A stretch of DNA of 64,000 bases, taken from NCBI GenBank assembly GCA_035625415.1, contig DASPPQ010000070.1, forward strand, positions 6,052 to 70,051, given 5' to 3'. Below the pieces are notes generated by a model, which had not been told where the DNA came from, did no database searches, and saw only the letters and a list, made by a program, of their open reading frames with translations. How positions within the stretch are numbered: the stretch's first letter is position 1; the number at the start of each line of letters is the position of its first letter. Below are positions 28,813 to 39,290 of the stretch, in pieces. The DNA is from Thermodesulfobacteriota bacterium. Its GTDB lineage: Bacteria; Desulfobacterota; BSN033; UBA1163. A program made the position numbers and the translations under genes.

Positions 28813-30777
28813 ATGATCACTCTCAGTCATGTTCAGAAGCAGTTTGGAAGCAAAGTCCTCTTTAAAGATTGCTCGCTTCAGATCGGGGTGAGGGATCGGG
28901 TTGGCCTCATCGGCCCCAATGGATCAGGGAAGACGACCCTCTTTAGGATGATCTTAGGAGAGGAATCGATTGATGAAGGAGAACTTCTCGTTGCCAAAAA
29001 TGTAAAGATCGGATATTTGCCCCAGGAAGTGATTTCCTTCAAGGGCAATTCGGTTTTGGATGAGGTTCTAAAGAGTTTGACAAACATCACCTCCCTCCAG
29101 GATAAGATGACGATCCTCGAGGAGGAGCTTTCATCCATCGAGGATCCGAAAAAACAGGAGAGGTTGGCAAGGGAATACGGGAAACTTCAGGAGCGTTATG
29201 CCCTTCTCGGAGGATATGGCCTAGAGGCTGAGGCAAAGCGCATCCTTCAAGGATTGGGGTTCAAAGAGAGAGATTTCGATCGGCTGACCGATGAGCTCAG
29301 CGGTGGCTGGCTGATGCGAATCGCCCTGGCGAAAATCCTTCTTCAATCTCCTGACCTTCTTCTTCTCGACGAGCCGACCAATCACATGGATCTGGCGTCC
29401 CTGATATGGCTCGAAGAATTCCTGACCAATTATCCCGGAGCCATGGTTATCGTCTCACACGATCGCGTCTTTCTCAACCACCTCATCGATTGGATTGCAG
29501 AGATTGAAGGCCAAAGAATTGACCTCTACTACGGCGACTACGACCACTACCTGGAGGAGAAAGAAGCCCGGGCACAAGTCCTCGAGGCCACGTATAAAAC
29601 TCAGCAGAGAAAAATTGAGCAGACCGAAAGATTTATCGAACGGTTTCGCGCGAAAAACACCAAATCGAGCCAGGTTCAGAGTCGAATCAAGATGCTTGAA
29701 AAAATTGACCGGATCGAACTCCCGGAGAAAAAGAAGGAGATCCGTTTCCATTTCCCCGCCCCCAAACGGAGCGGCCACAAAGTGGCGGAAGTCAAGAATC
29801 TTCACAAAAGCTACGGCGACACGGTCGTCTATCAAGGAATTGATCTCAGCTTTTACCGGGGGGACAAGGTGGCTTTGGTCGGCCCCAATGGAGCGGGAAA
29901 ATCAACCTTGCTTAAGATCCTCGCTGGCGTTCTCGAATTTGAACAAGGGGAGGTCATCTTGGGAAAAGATGTGACCCGCGCGTACTTTGCCCAGCACCAA
30001 TTCGATCTTCTCCGCCCGGAAAATACAGTCTTTGAAGAACTCCTTTCCATTGCGACGGATGAAAGCCAGACCGATCTCCGCACCCTTCTGGGCACTTTTC
30101 TTTTTAGTGAAGACGAGATCGAAAAGAGGGTCTCTGTTTTGAGCGGCGGAGAGAAGAGCCGGTTGGTCCTTGCAAAGATGCTCCTCAAACCGGCCAACTT
30201 CCTTCTATTCGACGAGCCGACCAGTCATCTCGACATCTCTTCCCGGAATGTATTGGAGATAGCTTTGAAGCAGTTTCAAGGAACAATCTGCTTGGTCACC
30301 CACGACCGGCATCTCATCAATCGAATCGCCAACAAGGTGACCGAAATCGACCGCGGAATCCCGAATATTTTTCTGGGAAATTATGACGATTACCTCTATA
30401 AGAGACAGCAGATTCAGTCGGAGGAGGCTCAAAAATCGGAGGCTCCCAAAAGGCAGGAACCCATAAAAAAGAAGTCCCCGTACAAGACCAAGGAAGAGAG
30501 GCGAAAAAGAGCCCAGGAGATGGACCAATTTAAACGGCAACTCTCCCGCCTTGAAAAGCGATTTCAGGAAGTGGAAAAATCCCTACAGGAGGCCACCCAA
30601 AAACTGGATCGTCTGGACCAAAGACTTTCTGACCCCAATCTCTACTTAAATCAGCAAGAAACATACGAAACCGTTCGGACGCATAAACAGGTTAAAGAGC
30701 AGGTGAGAGAACTTACCCAGCTCTGGGAATTCCTCGCCCTGGAGTTGGAGGAGCTGAAAACGACGAGCCTCATGTGA
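28813..30777 (+). CDS. ABC-F family ATPase (Uup/EttA-type, two NBDs plus C-terminal coiled coil)
   Basis: Two Walker A motifs (GPNGSGKTT, GPNGAGKST), two signature motifs (LSGGW, LSGGEKSR), a linker between the NBDs, no TMD. The ATG at 28813 gives MITLSHVQKQFG. Confidence 0.85.
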   Translation: MITLSHVQKQFGSKVLFKDCSLQIGVRDRVGLIGPNGSGKTTLFRMILGEESIDEGELLVAKNVKIGYLPQEVISFKGNSVLDEVLKSLTNITSLQDKMTILEEELSSIEDPKKQERLAREYGKLQERYALLGGYGLEAEAKRILQGLGFKERDFDRLTDELSGGWLMRIALAKILLQSPDLLLLDEPTNHMDLASLIWLEEFLTNYPGAMVIVSHDRVFLNHLIDWIAEIEGQRIDLYYGDYDHYLEEKEARAQVLEATYKTQQRKIEQTERFIERFRAKNTKSSQVQSRIKMLEKIDRIELPEKKKEIRFHFPAPKRSGHKVAEVKNLHKSYGDTVVYQGIDLSFYRGDKVALVGPNGAGKSTLLKILAGVLEFEQGEVILGKDVTRAYFAQHQFDLLRPENTVFEELLSIATDESQTDLRTLLGTFLFSEDEIEKRVSVLSGGEKSRLVLAKMLLKPANFLLFDEPTSHLDISSRNVLEIALKQFQGTICLVTHDRHLINRIANKVTEIDRGIPNIFLGNYDDYLYKRQQIQSEEAQKSEAPKRQEPIKKKSPYKTKEERRKRAQEMDQFKRQLSRLEKRFQEVEKSLQEATQKLDRLDQRLSDPNLYLNQQETYETVRTHKQVKEQVRELTQLWEFLALELEELKTTSLM

Positions 30778-30788
30778 AGCCCCGTTAA

Positions 30789-30944
30789 GGGGCTGCACTT
30801 GCGGGGCACTTCAAGGATGACGTCTTGGAATTTCTCGGGGAGCCTAAGGGAGAATTCATGGCCGTGGTCCCGGTGGGCTATGCGGCCACATCCAGCCACC
30901 AACCCCAAAAACAGCCTTTGGCAGTGAGATACTTGGATCGATGA
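30789..30944 (+). pseudogene. orphan 3' fragment of a nitroreductase-family gene
   Basis: The stop-to-stop frame reads ..HFKDDVLEFLGEPKGEFMAVVPVGYAATSSHQPQKQPLAVRYLDR*. This matches the usual nitroreductase C-terminus (LG.P....vallPvGYpa...) with no upstream body. Confidence 0.4.
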
Positions 30945-30962
30945 ATATTCGGTCTCTCTTGC

Positions 30963-30991
30963 TTGACAGACAAATCCGTTTCTCTTATATT
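30963..30991 (+). promoter_or_regulatory. sigma70-type promoter TTGACA-17-TATATT
   Basis: Read directly. About 200 nt upstream of the enoyl-CoA hydratase ATG. Confidence 0.45.
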
Positions 30992-31192
30992 AAAGCTCCC
31001 CGCCCTAAAGGGCTGGGCTTTCCGGCAAGGTGGTTTAATCAAATTGTGCCCCTTGACCCCGTCCTGAAGGACGGGGCTTGCGGGGCACTTTCCGGTCAAC
31101 CCGTCCAAACATTAGAAAAAAATTCTCAGCTAGATATGTAAGGACCCACTTAAGGGAATGGTTTTTACTGAACGACAGATAGGAGGGTATCT

Positions 31193-31960
31193 ATGAGCTA
31201 CAACAACATCACACTGACGACGAAGGATTTTGTGAGCACCATTACGCTTAACCGTCCCCCGACCAACTCTATAAACTTCGGTATACGCGAAGAGCTGGAT
31301 CGAGCGATCACCGAGTTAGAGAAGAGCAAGGATACCAGGGTGGTGATCATCACCGGTGCGGGTGAAAAGGGCTTCAGCGCAGGCATGGACGTGTCGGACA
31401 TAGCGAACATCGAGAAAGGGCCGAATGGCAATGATGTATTCAACCGCATCGAACGGTTCGGCAAGCCGGTCATCGCTGCCATCAACGGATATGCTCTGGG
31501 CGGCGGATGCGAGCTTGCGCTGGTATGCCATTTCCGGCTTATGACGGACAATCCCAAGGCGGTCATCGGCTGCCCGGAAGTGAATCTGGGCATTACGCCC
31601 GGCTGGGGCGGCATACAGCGCCTCCCGCGGCTTCTGGGCAAGCCGAAGGCGCTCGACATGATATTGTTCAGCAAAAGGTTGTCGGGGCAGGAAGCCTTAG
31701 CGATTGGCCTTGTGGACCGCGTGGTCCCCGCAGCAGAATTGATGAAGGAGGCCATGGCCTTCGCACTGACGCTGACCAAGCGGCCGCCTCTTGCCGTAAA
31801 TGCGGTGCTTACTGGTATGAGCCTGGGACTTGAGAAGGGCCTCGAAGAAGGCATCCGCGTCGACCGGGAGTGGTCAAGAAAGCTCGCCCAGAGTCAGGAT
31901 GCACGGGAAGGATTCACTGCATTCTTTGAGAGGCGTGAACCGGTATTCAAGGGGGAATAG
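31193..31960 (+). CDS. enoyl-CoA hydratase/isomerase (crotonase family)
   Basis: ITGAGEKGFSAGMD, AAINGYALGGGCELALVC, PEVNLGITPGWGG. GC-rich relative to its neighbours. Confidence 0.9.
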   Translation: MSYNNITLTTKDFVSTITLNRPPTNSINFGIREELDRAITELEKSKDTRVVIITGAGEKGFSAGMDVSDIANIEKGPNGNDVFNRIERFGKPVIAAINGYALGGGCELALVCHFRLMTDNPKAVIGCPEVNLGITPGWGGIQRLPRLLGKPKALDMILFSKRLSGQEALAIGLVDRVVPAAELMKEAMAFALTLTKRPPLAVNAVLTGMSLGLEKGLEEGIRVDREWSRKLAQSQDAREGFTAFFERREPVFKGE

Positions 31961-31981
31961 CGTCCCCCTTCATTCGGATGA

Positions 31982-32029
31982 ACGGCCCCGTGCTCGGATC
32001 TGATACTTTTCCGTGGGGCCGTTTTTTTG
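31982..32029 (+). terminator. rho-independent terminator candidate
   Basis: acggcccc (31982-31989) pairs with ggggccgt (32015-32022), followed by a T7 run. The loop is large (25 nt) with an inner cgga/tccg pair. Confidence 0.5.
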
Positions 32030-32050
32030 TAAGGAATGGCATGTTCAATA

Positions 32051-33775
32051 TCATTTTCTGATCAGGAGTCCTTTCACAAATCGGGGCTCCACCTCTTCGC
32101 CCTGCGGGATTTTCCCGTATTGTACTTCAAATAGGTCCAGACAAAAATCCCGAAAAGCAAGAAGATGTTGTCGCCTCATTTCTTCGCCTTTGAATGAATC
32201 TAACCAGTTTTTCAACCCGTTCTTGACCTCCATCTTCATAACCCCTTTCCCTTGGGCATTTCTTTCAAAAACCCTGTCGAGAAAATCTTTCACCTGAGCC
32301 TGTGAAATGGCTTCAAATTGAAAAGTCCCTTTGAGAATTTGATTTGCCATAGCGGTGAGAAAGATCGTAGAGAGGGTCATTTCCCGCCAATCATCGGGAT
32401 AGCAAGCACTCAGATCCATCTCCTTCAGATAAAGGGAAGAGAGATTCAATTCTTTTCCCAGGAAATTGACGATCGTTTTGATGAATTCCAAAAATTCATC
32501 CGCCTCTTTCAAATCCTGAAGGTTTCCAAAATCCTGGTAAATCCAATCTCGATAAAGGGCGGGCCTTCTTCTCAAAATCCCTTCAAACTTTTCGAAATGA
32601 GGGGGATCCAAAAATACGAGGTTCTCCTGGTCATTCGAAAACCACGGTCCTTGTAGGATGGATTCTGCCTTTCTTCTCAGAAGGAGGGTGGTGCTCACAC
32701 CATATTGAAAGAGTTTCTGTATGGGAAGAGATCGAAGGATCTCAAAGGCTTTTCTTTCGTCTCCCTTGCTTAAGTATTGAAGACCCAAATTCAGATAGTG
32801 GTAGACTTTTATTACTACCCTCTCCATGGCGACAATATTGGAGAGATCGATCGTCTCGGCCACAATCGCCTTATTACAGAGGGCGGCTATCTCGTGTTTG
32901 AATCGATCCTGCTCATAAGCGTCATCTATCTTAGAGAGGAGAGAGGAGAAAAAAGGACCTTCATTTTGATAGGTGAGATAGAAAAGAGATTCTTCCTTAC
33001 CGGCTTCGTCTTGACTCAGGACTTGAGAAAAGCCTTTTCCTCCCGTAAAGGAATCCGGGTTGACAAAGCGATAAATCTCCAGTGCCTCCTCAAAATCAGG
33101 AAAACCATAATCCGCCAACCGGCTATTTCTTAGACGGTAGCCTGTCTCCTCAAGCTCTGATTCGAATTCCGCGATGAGGGAATCCATCAATCTCTGATAG
33201 ATTTTTTTGTCCACCCGGTAAAGCATTTGTAAAAAGGGCTCGAAAACCTCTCTGGTCCGCTTCCCCCTGAAATGGATAAAGTAATATTGATCCAAAGTGA
33301 AAAGAGGGATTCTGTCCATCCTTTCCAAGCGTTCCCCGTCCATGGCGGTGACATCGAGGAATTTTTTGAGAAGAAGGGCAATGAACTCAATATCTGTAGA
33401 CTGAATAAACTGGCTGACTTTCTTTTCACCCGCTTCAAGGAGAATCTCCATCCATTGGAGGACTTTCTCCGGGTCTAATTCATCCTTTTTCCAGAAATCG
33501 AGGTCGAGCATATACTGGAATTGTTCTGGAGTGGTCATTGAGATCAGGTCGAGACAATCCTTCTCTCCAGCTTCCTTCACGGTTAAAAAGACCTCCAACT
33601 CTGGAAGTTGTTGAACGATCTGTTCCAGATGGTCTGAAAGGAATAGGTACTGGAGTCGCTCTTTCCCGCGAGCCTGTAAGACAATATCGAGTTGGTTCTT
33701 GACGGAGAGAGAATTGAAGACCTTTTCGGCTTCCTTCTGGTCTTCGGGTAAGGTCAAGAGAGAGGGATCACCCAT
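32051..33775 (-). CDS. large conserved hypothetical cytoplasmic protein (574 aa, acidic, helical)
   Basis: Long uninterrupted ORF with coding-like composition and no TM helix. I recognise no catalytic motif. Possibly the DUF6178 family (weak recollection only). Confidence 0.6.
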   Translation of the reverse strand: MGDPSLLTLPEDQKEAEKVFNSLSVKNQLDIVLQARGKERLQYLFLSDHLEQIVQQLPELEVFLTVKEAGEKDCLDLISMTTPEQFQYMLDLDFWKKDELDPEKVLQWMEILLEAGEKKVSQFIQSTDIEFIALLLKKFLDVTAMDGERLERMDRIPLFTLDQYYFIHFRGKRTREVFEPFLQMLYRVDKKIYQRLMDSLIAEFESELEETGYRLRNSRLADYGFPDFEEALEIYRFVNPDSFTGGKGFSQVLSQDEAGKEESLFYLTYQNEGPFFSSLLSKIDDAYEQDRFKHEIAALCNKAIVAETIDLSNIVAMERVVIKVYHYLNLGLQYLSKGDERKAFEILRSLPIQKLFQYGVSTTLLLRRKAESILQGPWFSNDQENLVFLDPPHFEKFEGILRRRPALYRDWIYQDFGNLQDLKEADEFLEFIKTIVNFLGKELNLSSLYLKEMDLSACYPDDWREMTLSTIFLTAMANQILKGTFQFEAISQAQVKDFLDRVFERNAQGKGVMKMEVKNGLKNWLDSFKGEEMRRQHLLAFRDFCLDLFEVQYGKIPQGEEVEPRFVKGLLIRK

Positions 33776-34085
33776 TTAAGAACCCCTTATTCCCTCCCTT
33801 TCCCCCGTTGAGACTGTGTCATAATAGGACGGGGGGACGAATGGACGGAACAAACGGTCGGGTTCCAAAGCTTTAGAATGCGGACATTTAGAGTTATGGG
33901 TAATTGTCCTCGTTGCTGGAAAGGCCATTCTTTCATGGGCTTGAAACCTCTGAATCTAATTATTTAAAGGTTCCGCTCTAAAGCTTTCTCACCCGCCTGT
34001 CTGTTCCGTTTTTCAGAATCCTCTTTCCCTTGCCCCAATGACTACACGGGCGCTCTGGGGAGAGGGAGTGAGTAACGCGTGTTCG

Positions 34086-35714
<1,629 letters not shown>

Positions 35715-35723
35715 TCAGAACCA

Positions 35724-36011
35724 TCATTCAATGATGGCCAGGATATCATCCTCTTTCATCATGAGATATTCTTCCCCATCAATTTTTACCTCGGTTCCTC
35801 CGTACTTTACAAACAGGACGCGATCGCCTTTCTTAACCACAAGAGGAATCTTGGTTCCATCCTTCTTGATCCTTCCCGCCCCGACGGCGATTACCTTTCC
35901 CTCGATAGGCTTTTCCTTGGCCGTATCGGGGATAATGATCCCTCCTTTTGTCTTCTCTTCCTCCTCCAATCTCTGGACAATCAGCCGGTCGTGAAGTGGC
36001 CTTACCTTCAT
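35724..36011 (-). CDS. groS: co-chaperonin GroES
   Basis: [35 protein letters not shown]. 95 aa from the ATG at 36011, with GAAGGGAGGG upstream. Confidence 0.95.
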   Translation of the reverse strand: MKVRPLHDRLIVQRLEEEEKTKGGIIIPDTAKEKPIEGKVIAVGAGRIKKDGTKIPLVVKKGDRVLFVKYGGTEVKIDGEEYLMMKEDDILAIIE

Positions 36012-36048
36012 AGAGACAGCCCTCCCTTCTATTAGGAATTTTTTGGTA

Positions 36049-36077
36049 TAGATAATCATCGAACCCTCGATTGTCAA
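36049..36077 (-). promoter_or_regulatory. sigma70-type promoter TTGACA-17-TATCTA upstream of groES
   Basis: Minus strand: TTGACA (36077..36072), 17-nt spacer, TATCTA (36054..36049). No CIRCE inverted repeat seen. Confidence 0.4.
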
Positions 36078-36159
36078 GGTTCGCATTTGGAATCCACTTC
36101 TTATCAAGGGCTGGCAAAAATTCCCTTGATTTTTTCATAGATTCACCTTATGAAAAGCT

Positions 36160-37110
36160 ATGGAATTTCAATACCCTTTCATCACAACAGGAATCGGGTC
36201 CTTCCCCCATCAGGATGAGAAACAGGTGTTCCGACTCATCCTCAAGAGCTTCCCCGAAATCCCGTTCTGGCCCCAACTGCCAAAACGGTCTTTTCTGGAA
36301 GGTATGGTCGTCCAATACTCTGAGGGATTTCCTTCCTTACGATGGAGCGAAAACGAACAAAGGGTTTGGATAGAGACGTCTCACGGATTTGAGAAGGAAA
36401 TCGAGAAATTTTACCAGCATTTCCAGGAGGGCGATCTTGAGCCTTTTCAAATTACGGAGGATTTTGCAAGGGGGCTCCAGATCTTAAAAGACCTCTCGTC
36501 AAAAGACCACCGAAAGGAAATAAAATTTATCAAGGGCCAGATCACAGGGCCCATCACGTTTGGTCTCGCCTTGGCCGATCAGGACCAGAAACCTGTCTTT
36601 TACGACCCGTCTTTAAGAGACATCCTCGTCAAACACCTTTCGTTGAAAGCCCGGTGGTTGGAAGAGAAGTATAATCACCTTTTCCCAGGGATCCCAACGA
36701 TGATCTTTTTCGATGAACCATCTCTTTCCTCATTCGGCTCTGCCTTTTCAGGCCTGAACAGGGAGGATGTCATCGGTTCATTAAATGAATGCTTTGATAC
36801 AGTGAAAGGACTAAAAGGAATCCACTGTTGCGGAAATACAGACTGGAGTGTGCTTCTCGCGACGCACCTCAATATCCTCAGTTTCGATGCCTACGACTAT
36901 CTGGAGACGCTCTCCCTCTATCCAAAAGACTTAAAAGGGTTTTTGGAAAGAGGAGGCATCCTGGCTTGGGGCATTGTTCCAACGAGTGAAGCGATTGTCA
37001 GAGAGGATGCTCAAAGCCTTGTCAATCGTCTTAAGAAAGGGATTGAAAACCTATCCCAAAAAGGAATCGATCCTGACCTGTTACAAAGAGCCATCCTCAC
37101 CCCGAGCTGA
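36160..37110 (+). CDS. URO-D/cobalamin-independent methionine synthase (MetE C-terminal)-like family protein
   Basis: N-terminal TTGIGSFPH, central FFDEPSL, GIHCCGN metal-ligand-like motif. Family-level call only. Confidence 0.5.
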   Translation: MEFQYPFITTGIGSFPHQDEKQVFRLILKSFPEIPFWPQLPKRSFLEGMVVQYSEGFPSLRWSENEQRVWIETSHGFEKEIEKFYQHFQEGDLEPFQITEDFARGLQILKDLSSKDHRKEIKFIKGQITGPITFGLALADQDQKPVFYDPSLRDILVKHLSLKARWLEEKYNHLFPGIPTMIFFDEPSLSSFGSAFSGLNREDVIGSLNECFDTVKGLKGIHCCGNTDWSVLLATHLNILSFDAYDYLETLSLYPKDLKGFLERGGILAWGIVPTSEAIVREDAQSLVNRLKKGIENLSQKGIDPDLLQRAILTPS

Positions 37111-37221
37111 GGAACTGCCTCTCTTGCCATCCCTTTGGCAGAGAGGGTCTGTCAGTTGACAGCAGAAGTTTCCAAGAGGCTGCGGGACTCTTTGCCGGGT
37201 TCTTATTTTAAGAGGACCTGA

Positions 37222-37731
37222 ATGAAAAGAAAAGGGAAGGGGAAAGTTTGCATCTCCCTCTGTTTGTTTCTATTGATCGGTCTCTCTGTCATGGGCTGTG
37301 CCCAGTCGGGTGGAAGTGGTTTTCTCAGAAAAGAATTCTTAGAATACGAAAACATTGCAGTCCTTCCCTTTGAAGGAGATGATACTGGCGAAGTGGCTAA
37401 GGCCTTTGCCCGGATTTTTCACAAGAGATTCCCACAGATTTCAATTTTGGGCGGGCGGCAGTTCTTGGACAACCCTCAAGAAAAGAAATTCAATCTGAAC
37501 CAACTGGATGATGCGACGAGATTAAAGATTGGCAGGAGGGTAGGCGCTCAGGCCCTGATAACAGGAATTATTACCTCTCGAAGCCTTTTGAATTGGTACC
37601 TTCAGGTGAAGATCATCGATACTGAAACGGGTCGGGTATTAGGCCGTTCGATGGTTGAGATGGATTCCTTATTCTCAACAGATATAGAAAAAGCCACTCG
37701 TTTGGCAGTAGAGAAGCTTTCCTTGTGGTAA
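37222..37731 (+). CDS. lipoprotein of unknown function
   Basis: Signal peptide with lipobox LSVMGC. The mature part resembles CsgG/LpoB-like small lipoproteins (weak). Confidence 0.6.
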   Translation: MKRKGKGKVCISLCLFLLIGLSVMGCAQSGGSGFLRKEFLEYENIAVLPFEGDDTGEVAKAFARIFHKRFPQISILGGRQFLDNPQEKKFNLNQLDDATRLKIGRRVGAQALITGIITSRSLLNWYLQVKIIDTETGRVLGRSMVEMDSLFSTDIEKATRLAVEKLSLW

Positions 37732-37915
37732 GTGGATTTAAGAATTGACAGCCTGCAGATCAGGCCCTTTATATCCTGGAGGTACCACGGGCTTTGTCCG
37801 TGGGGCTCCATATGAAACTGCAAGGGTTTTGTAAAAAAATATAACCGCCCTTGACGACGATGTATTCCTTAATTAAATTTTGGTATCGGTAACATTAAAT
37901 CTGGGATGGTGAAAT

Positions 37916-38506
37916 TTGATTCTCAAGACATTGGTTGTCGGGCCAATTCAGTCAAATTGTTGCATTATAGGCTGTGAGCGAACAAGAGAAGCAGCCGTTA
38001 TCGATCCGGGAGGTGATGCCGACAGGATTCTCATCACGCTCGCTGAGGACAAACTACGCTGCGTTTATATCATCAATACCCATGGCCATTTTGACCATTC
38101 AGCGGATAATAAACGCCTTAAGGAAGTGACAGGGGCTCAGCTCCTCATTCACCAAGCCGATGCTCCCATGATCCTGCATCAAAGCGACTCTCCTCCTCCT
38201 GACCGATATCTCGGAGAAGGGGATATCATCACTTTTGGAGACATCTCACTAAAAGTCCTCCATACTCCAGGTCATTCTCCAGGAGGCATTTCGCTGGTCA
38301 CAGACAAGATCGTATTTGTCGGGGATACTCTCTTCGCGGGCTCCATCGGAAGGACCGACTTTCCTGGAGGAGATTATGAGGGCCTGCTGCGCAATGTGAG
38401 AAAGAAGATCTTCACCCTGGGCGATGATGTCGTCATCTATCCAGGTCACGGTCCTAAAACGACCGTTGGCAGGGAGAGGAAAACAAATCCGTTTTTTACC
38501 ACATAA
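37916..38506 (+). CDS. MBL-fold metallo-hydrolase (glyoxalase II-like)
   Basis: NTHGHFDHSADN (HxHxDH), HTPGHSPG, GRTDFPGGD. TTG start. Confidence 0.85.
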   Translation: MILKTLVVGPIQSNCCIIGCERTREAAVIDPGGDADRILITLAEDKLRCVYIINTHGHFDHSADNKRLKEVTGAQLLIHQADAPMILHQSDSPPPDRYLGEGDIITFGDISLKVLHTPGHSPGGISLVTDKIVFVGDTLFAGSIGRTDFPGGDYEGLLRNVRKKIFTLGDDVVIYPGHGPKTTVGRERKTNPFFTT

Positions 38507-38724
38507 TAATGATCTAAGAAAAACTCAGTTAGATTCAATGACTCTCGACTTTCCGCATTCCGGGCGAAGCCTCCGTCTCGGATCAATCCGCATTCCGTAA
38601 TTGACTGGGCCAACTTTTTTATGGATGCCACCAGAAATCAATATTTAGAAAATTGGCTTGTTGAATGTTGCGGCCTGACCCCGGAGTCCTTTAACGGTTC
38701 CATATAAGGCCGTTTGTTCGTTTT

Positions 38725-38755
38725 ATCTTGAGGTCACAAATTGTGACCTCAAGAT
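38725..38755. repeat. 31-bp perfect palindrome atcttgaggtcacaa-a-ttgtgacctcaagat
   Basis: Read directly. 15-nt arms around a single central base. Lies in a 540-bp non-coding gap. Confidence 0.8.
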
Positions 38756-39043
38756 GACTTTCAGAATGCCGTCGCAATTTGCCAGGTTATGAATCTCACC
38801 CAAAACAAAAAGCCCATTCGTTTTGAGAATAGGCTCTGATTTAGGCGAATTTCTTTGAGAGGCCACCCCTCGCCCCCACTCTCTCCTCCAAGGAAAGAGG
38901 AGTGAAAAGGAATTCAAGGATACCCCAATCTATCAAAAATAGAATAAAAGATCAAATTTCGATGATGTTGAATCGGTCCTGGTGGAATCCGGCCTTGCCC
39001 TTTTCCCTCAGCTTTTTCTCCAATCCCTCCGCGAATCTCCGCA

Positions 39044-39235
39044 TCACGAGTCGATTTTTGAAAGGGGTATGCCGTTCCTGCCGATATTTTCTTTCGGGAC
39101 ATCGTAAAGGAAAATGTGAACCCGTTCCTTCGGAATCCGAAGTGTATCGGCAACGGCATTGGTGACGTTTTTAATCAGTTCTTCCTTCTTTTCCGGAGTC
39201 CTTCCGGAAACCAAGCTGATCTGAACAATAGGCAT
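39044..39235 (-). CDS. 4-oxalocrotonate tautomerase family enzyme
   Basis: 63 aa. MPIVQISLVSGRTPEKKEELIKNVT.., with Pro1 after Met removal. Confidence 0.85.
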   Translation of the reverse strand: MPIVQISLVSGRTPEKKEELIKNVTNAVADTLRIPKERVHIFLYDVPKENIGRNGIPLSKIDS

Positions 39236-39290
39236 CTTTATCTCCTTTCTATTTTAGAAAATAATGTGACTTTAATTTTTCAAATTTTCA

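Noticed and set aside
36012-36159. Looked for a CIRCE element (TTAGCACTC-N9-GAGTGCTAA) or a sigma32 promoter upstream of groES.
   Set aside because: There is no inverted repeat resembling CIRCE in the 150-nt upstream region. Only a sigma70-like TTGACA-17-TATCTA is visible, and CCCTTGAT near 36095-36105 lacks a matching sigma32 -10.
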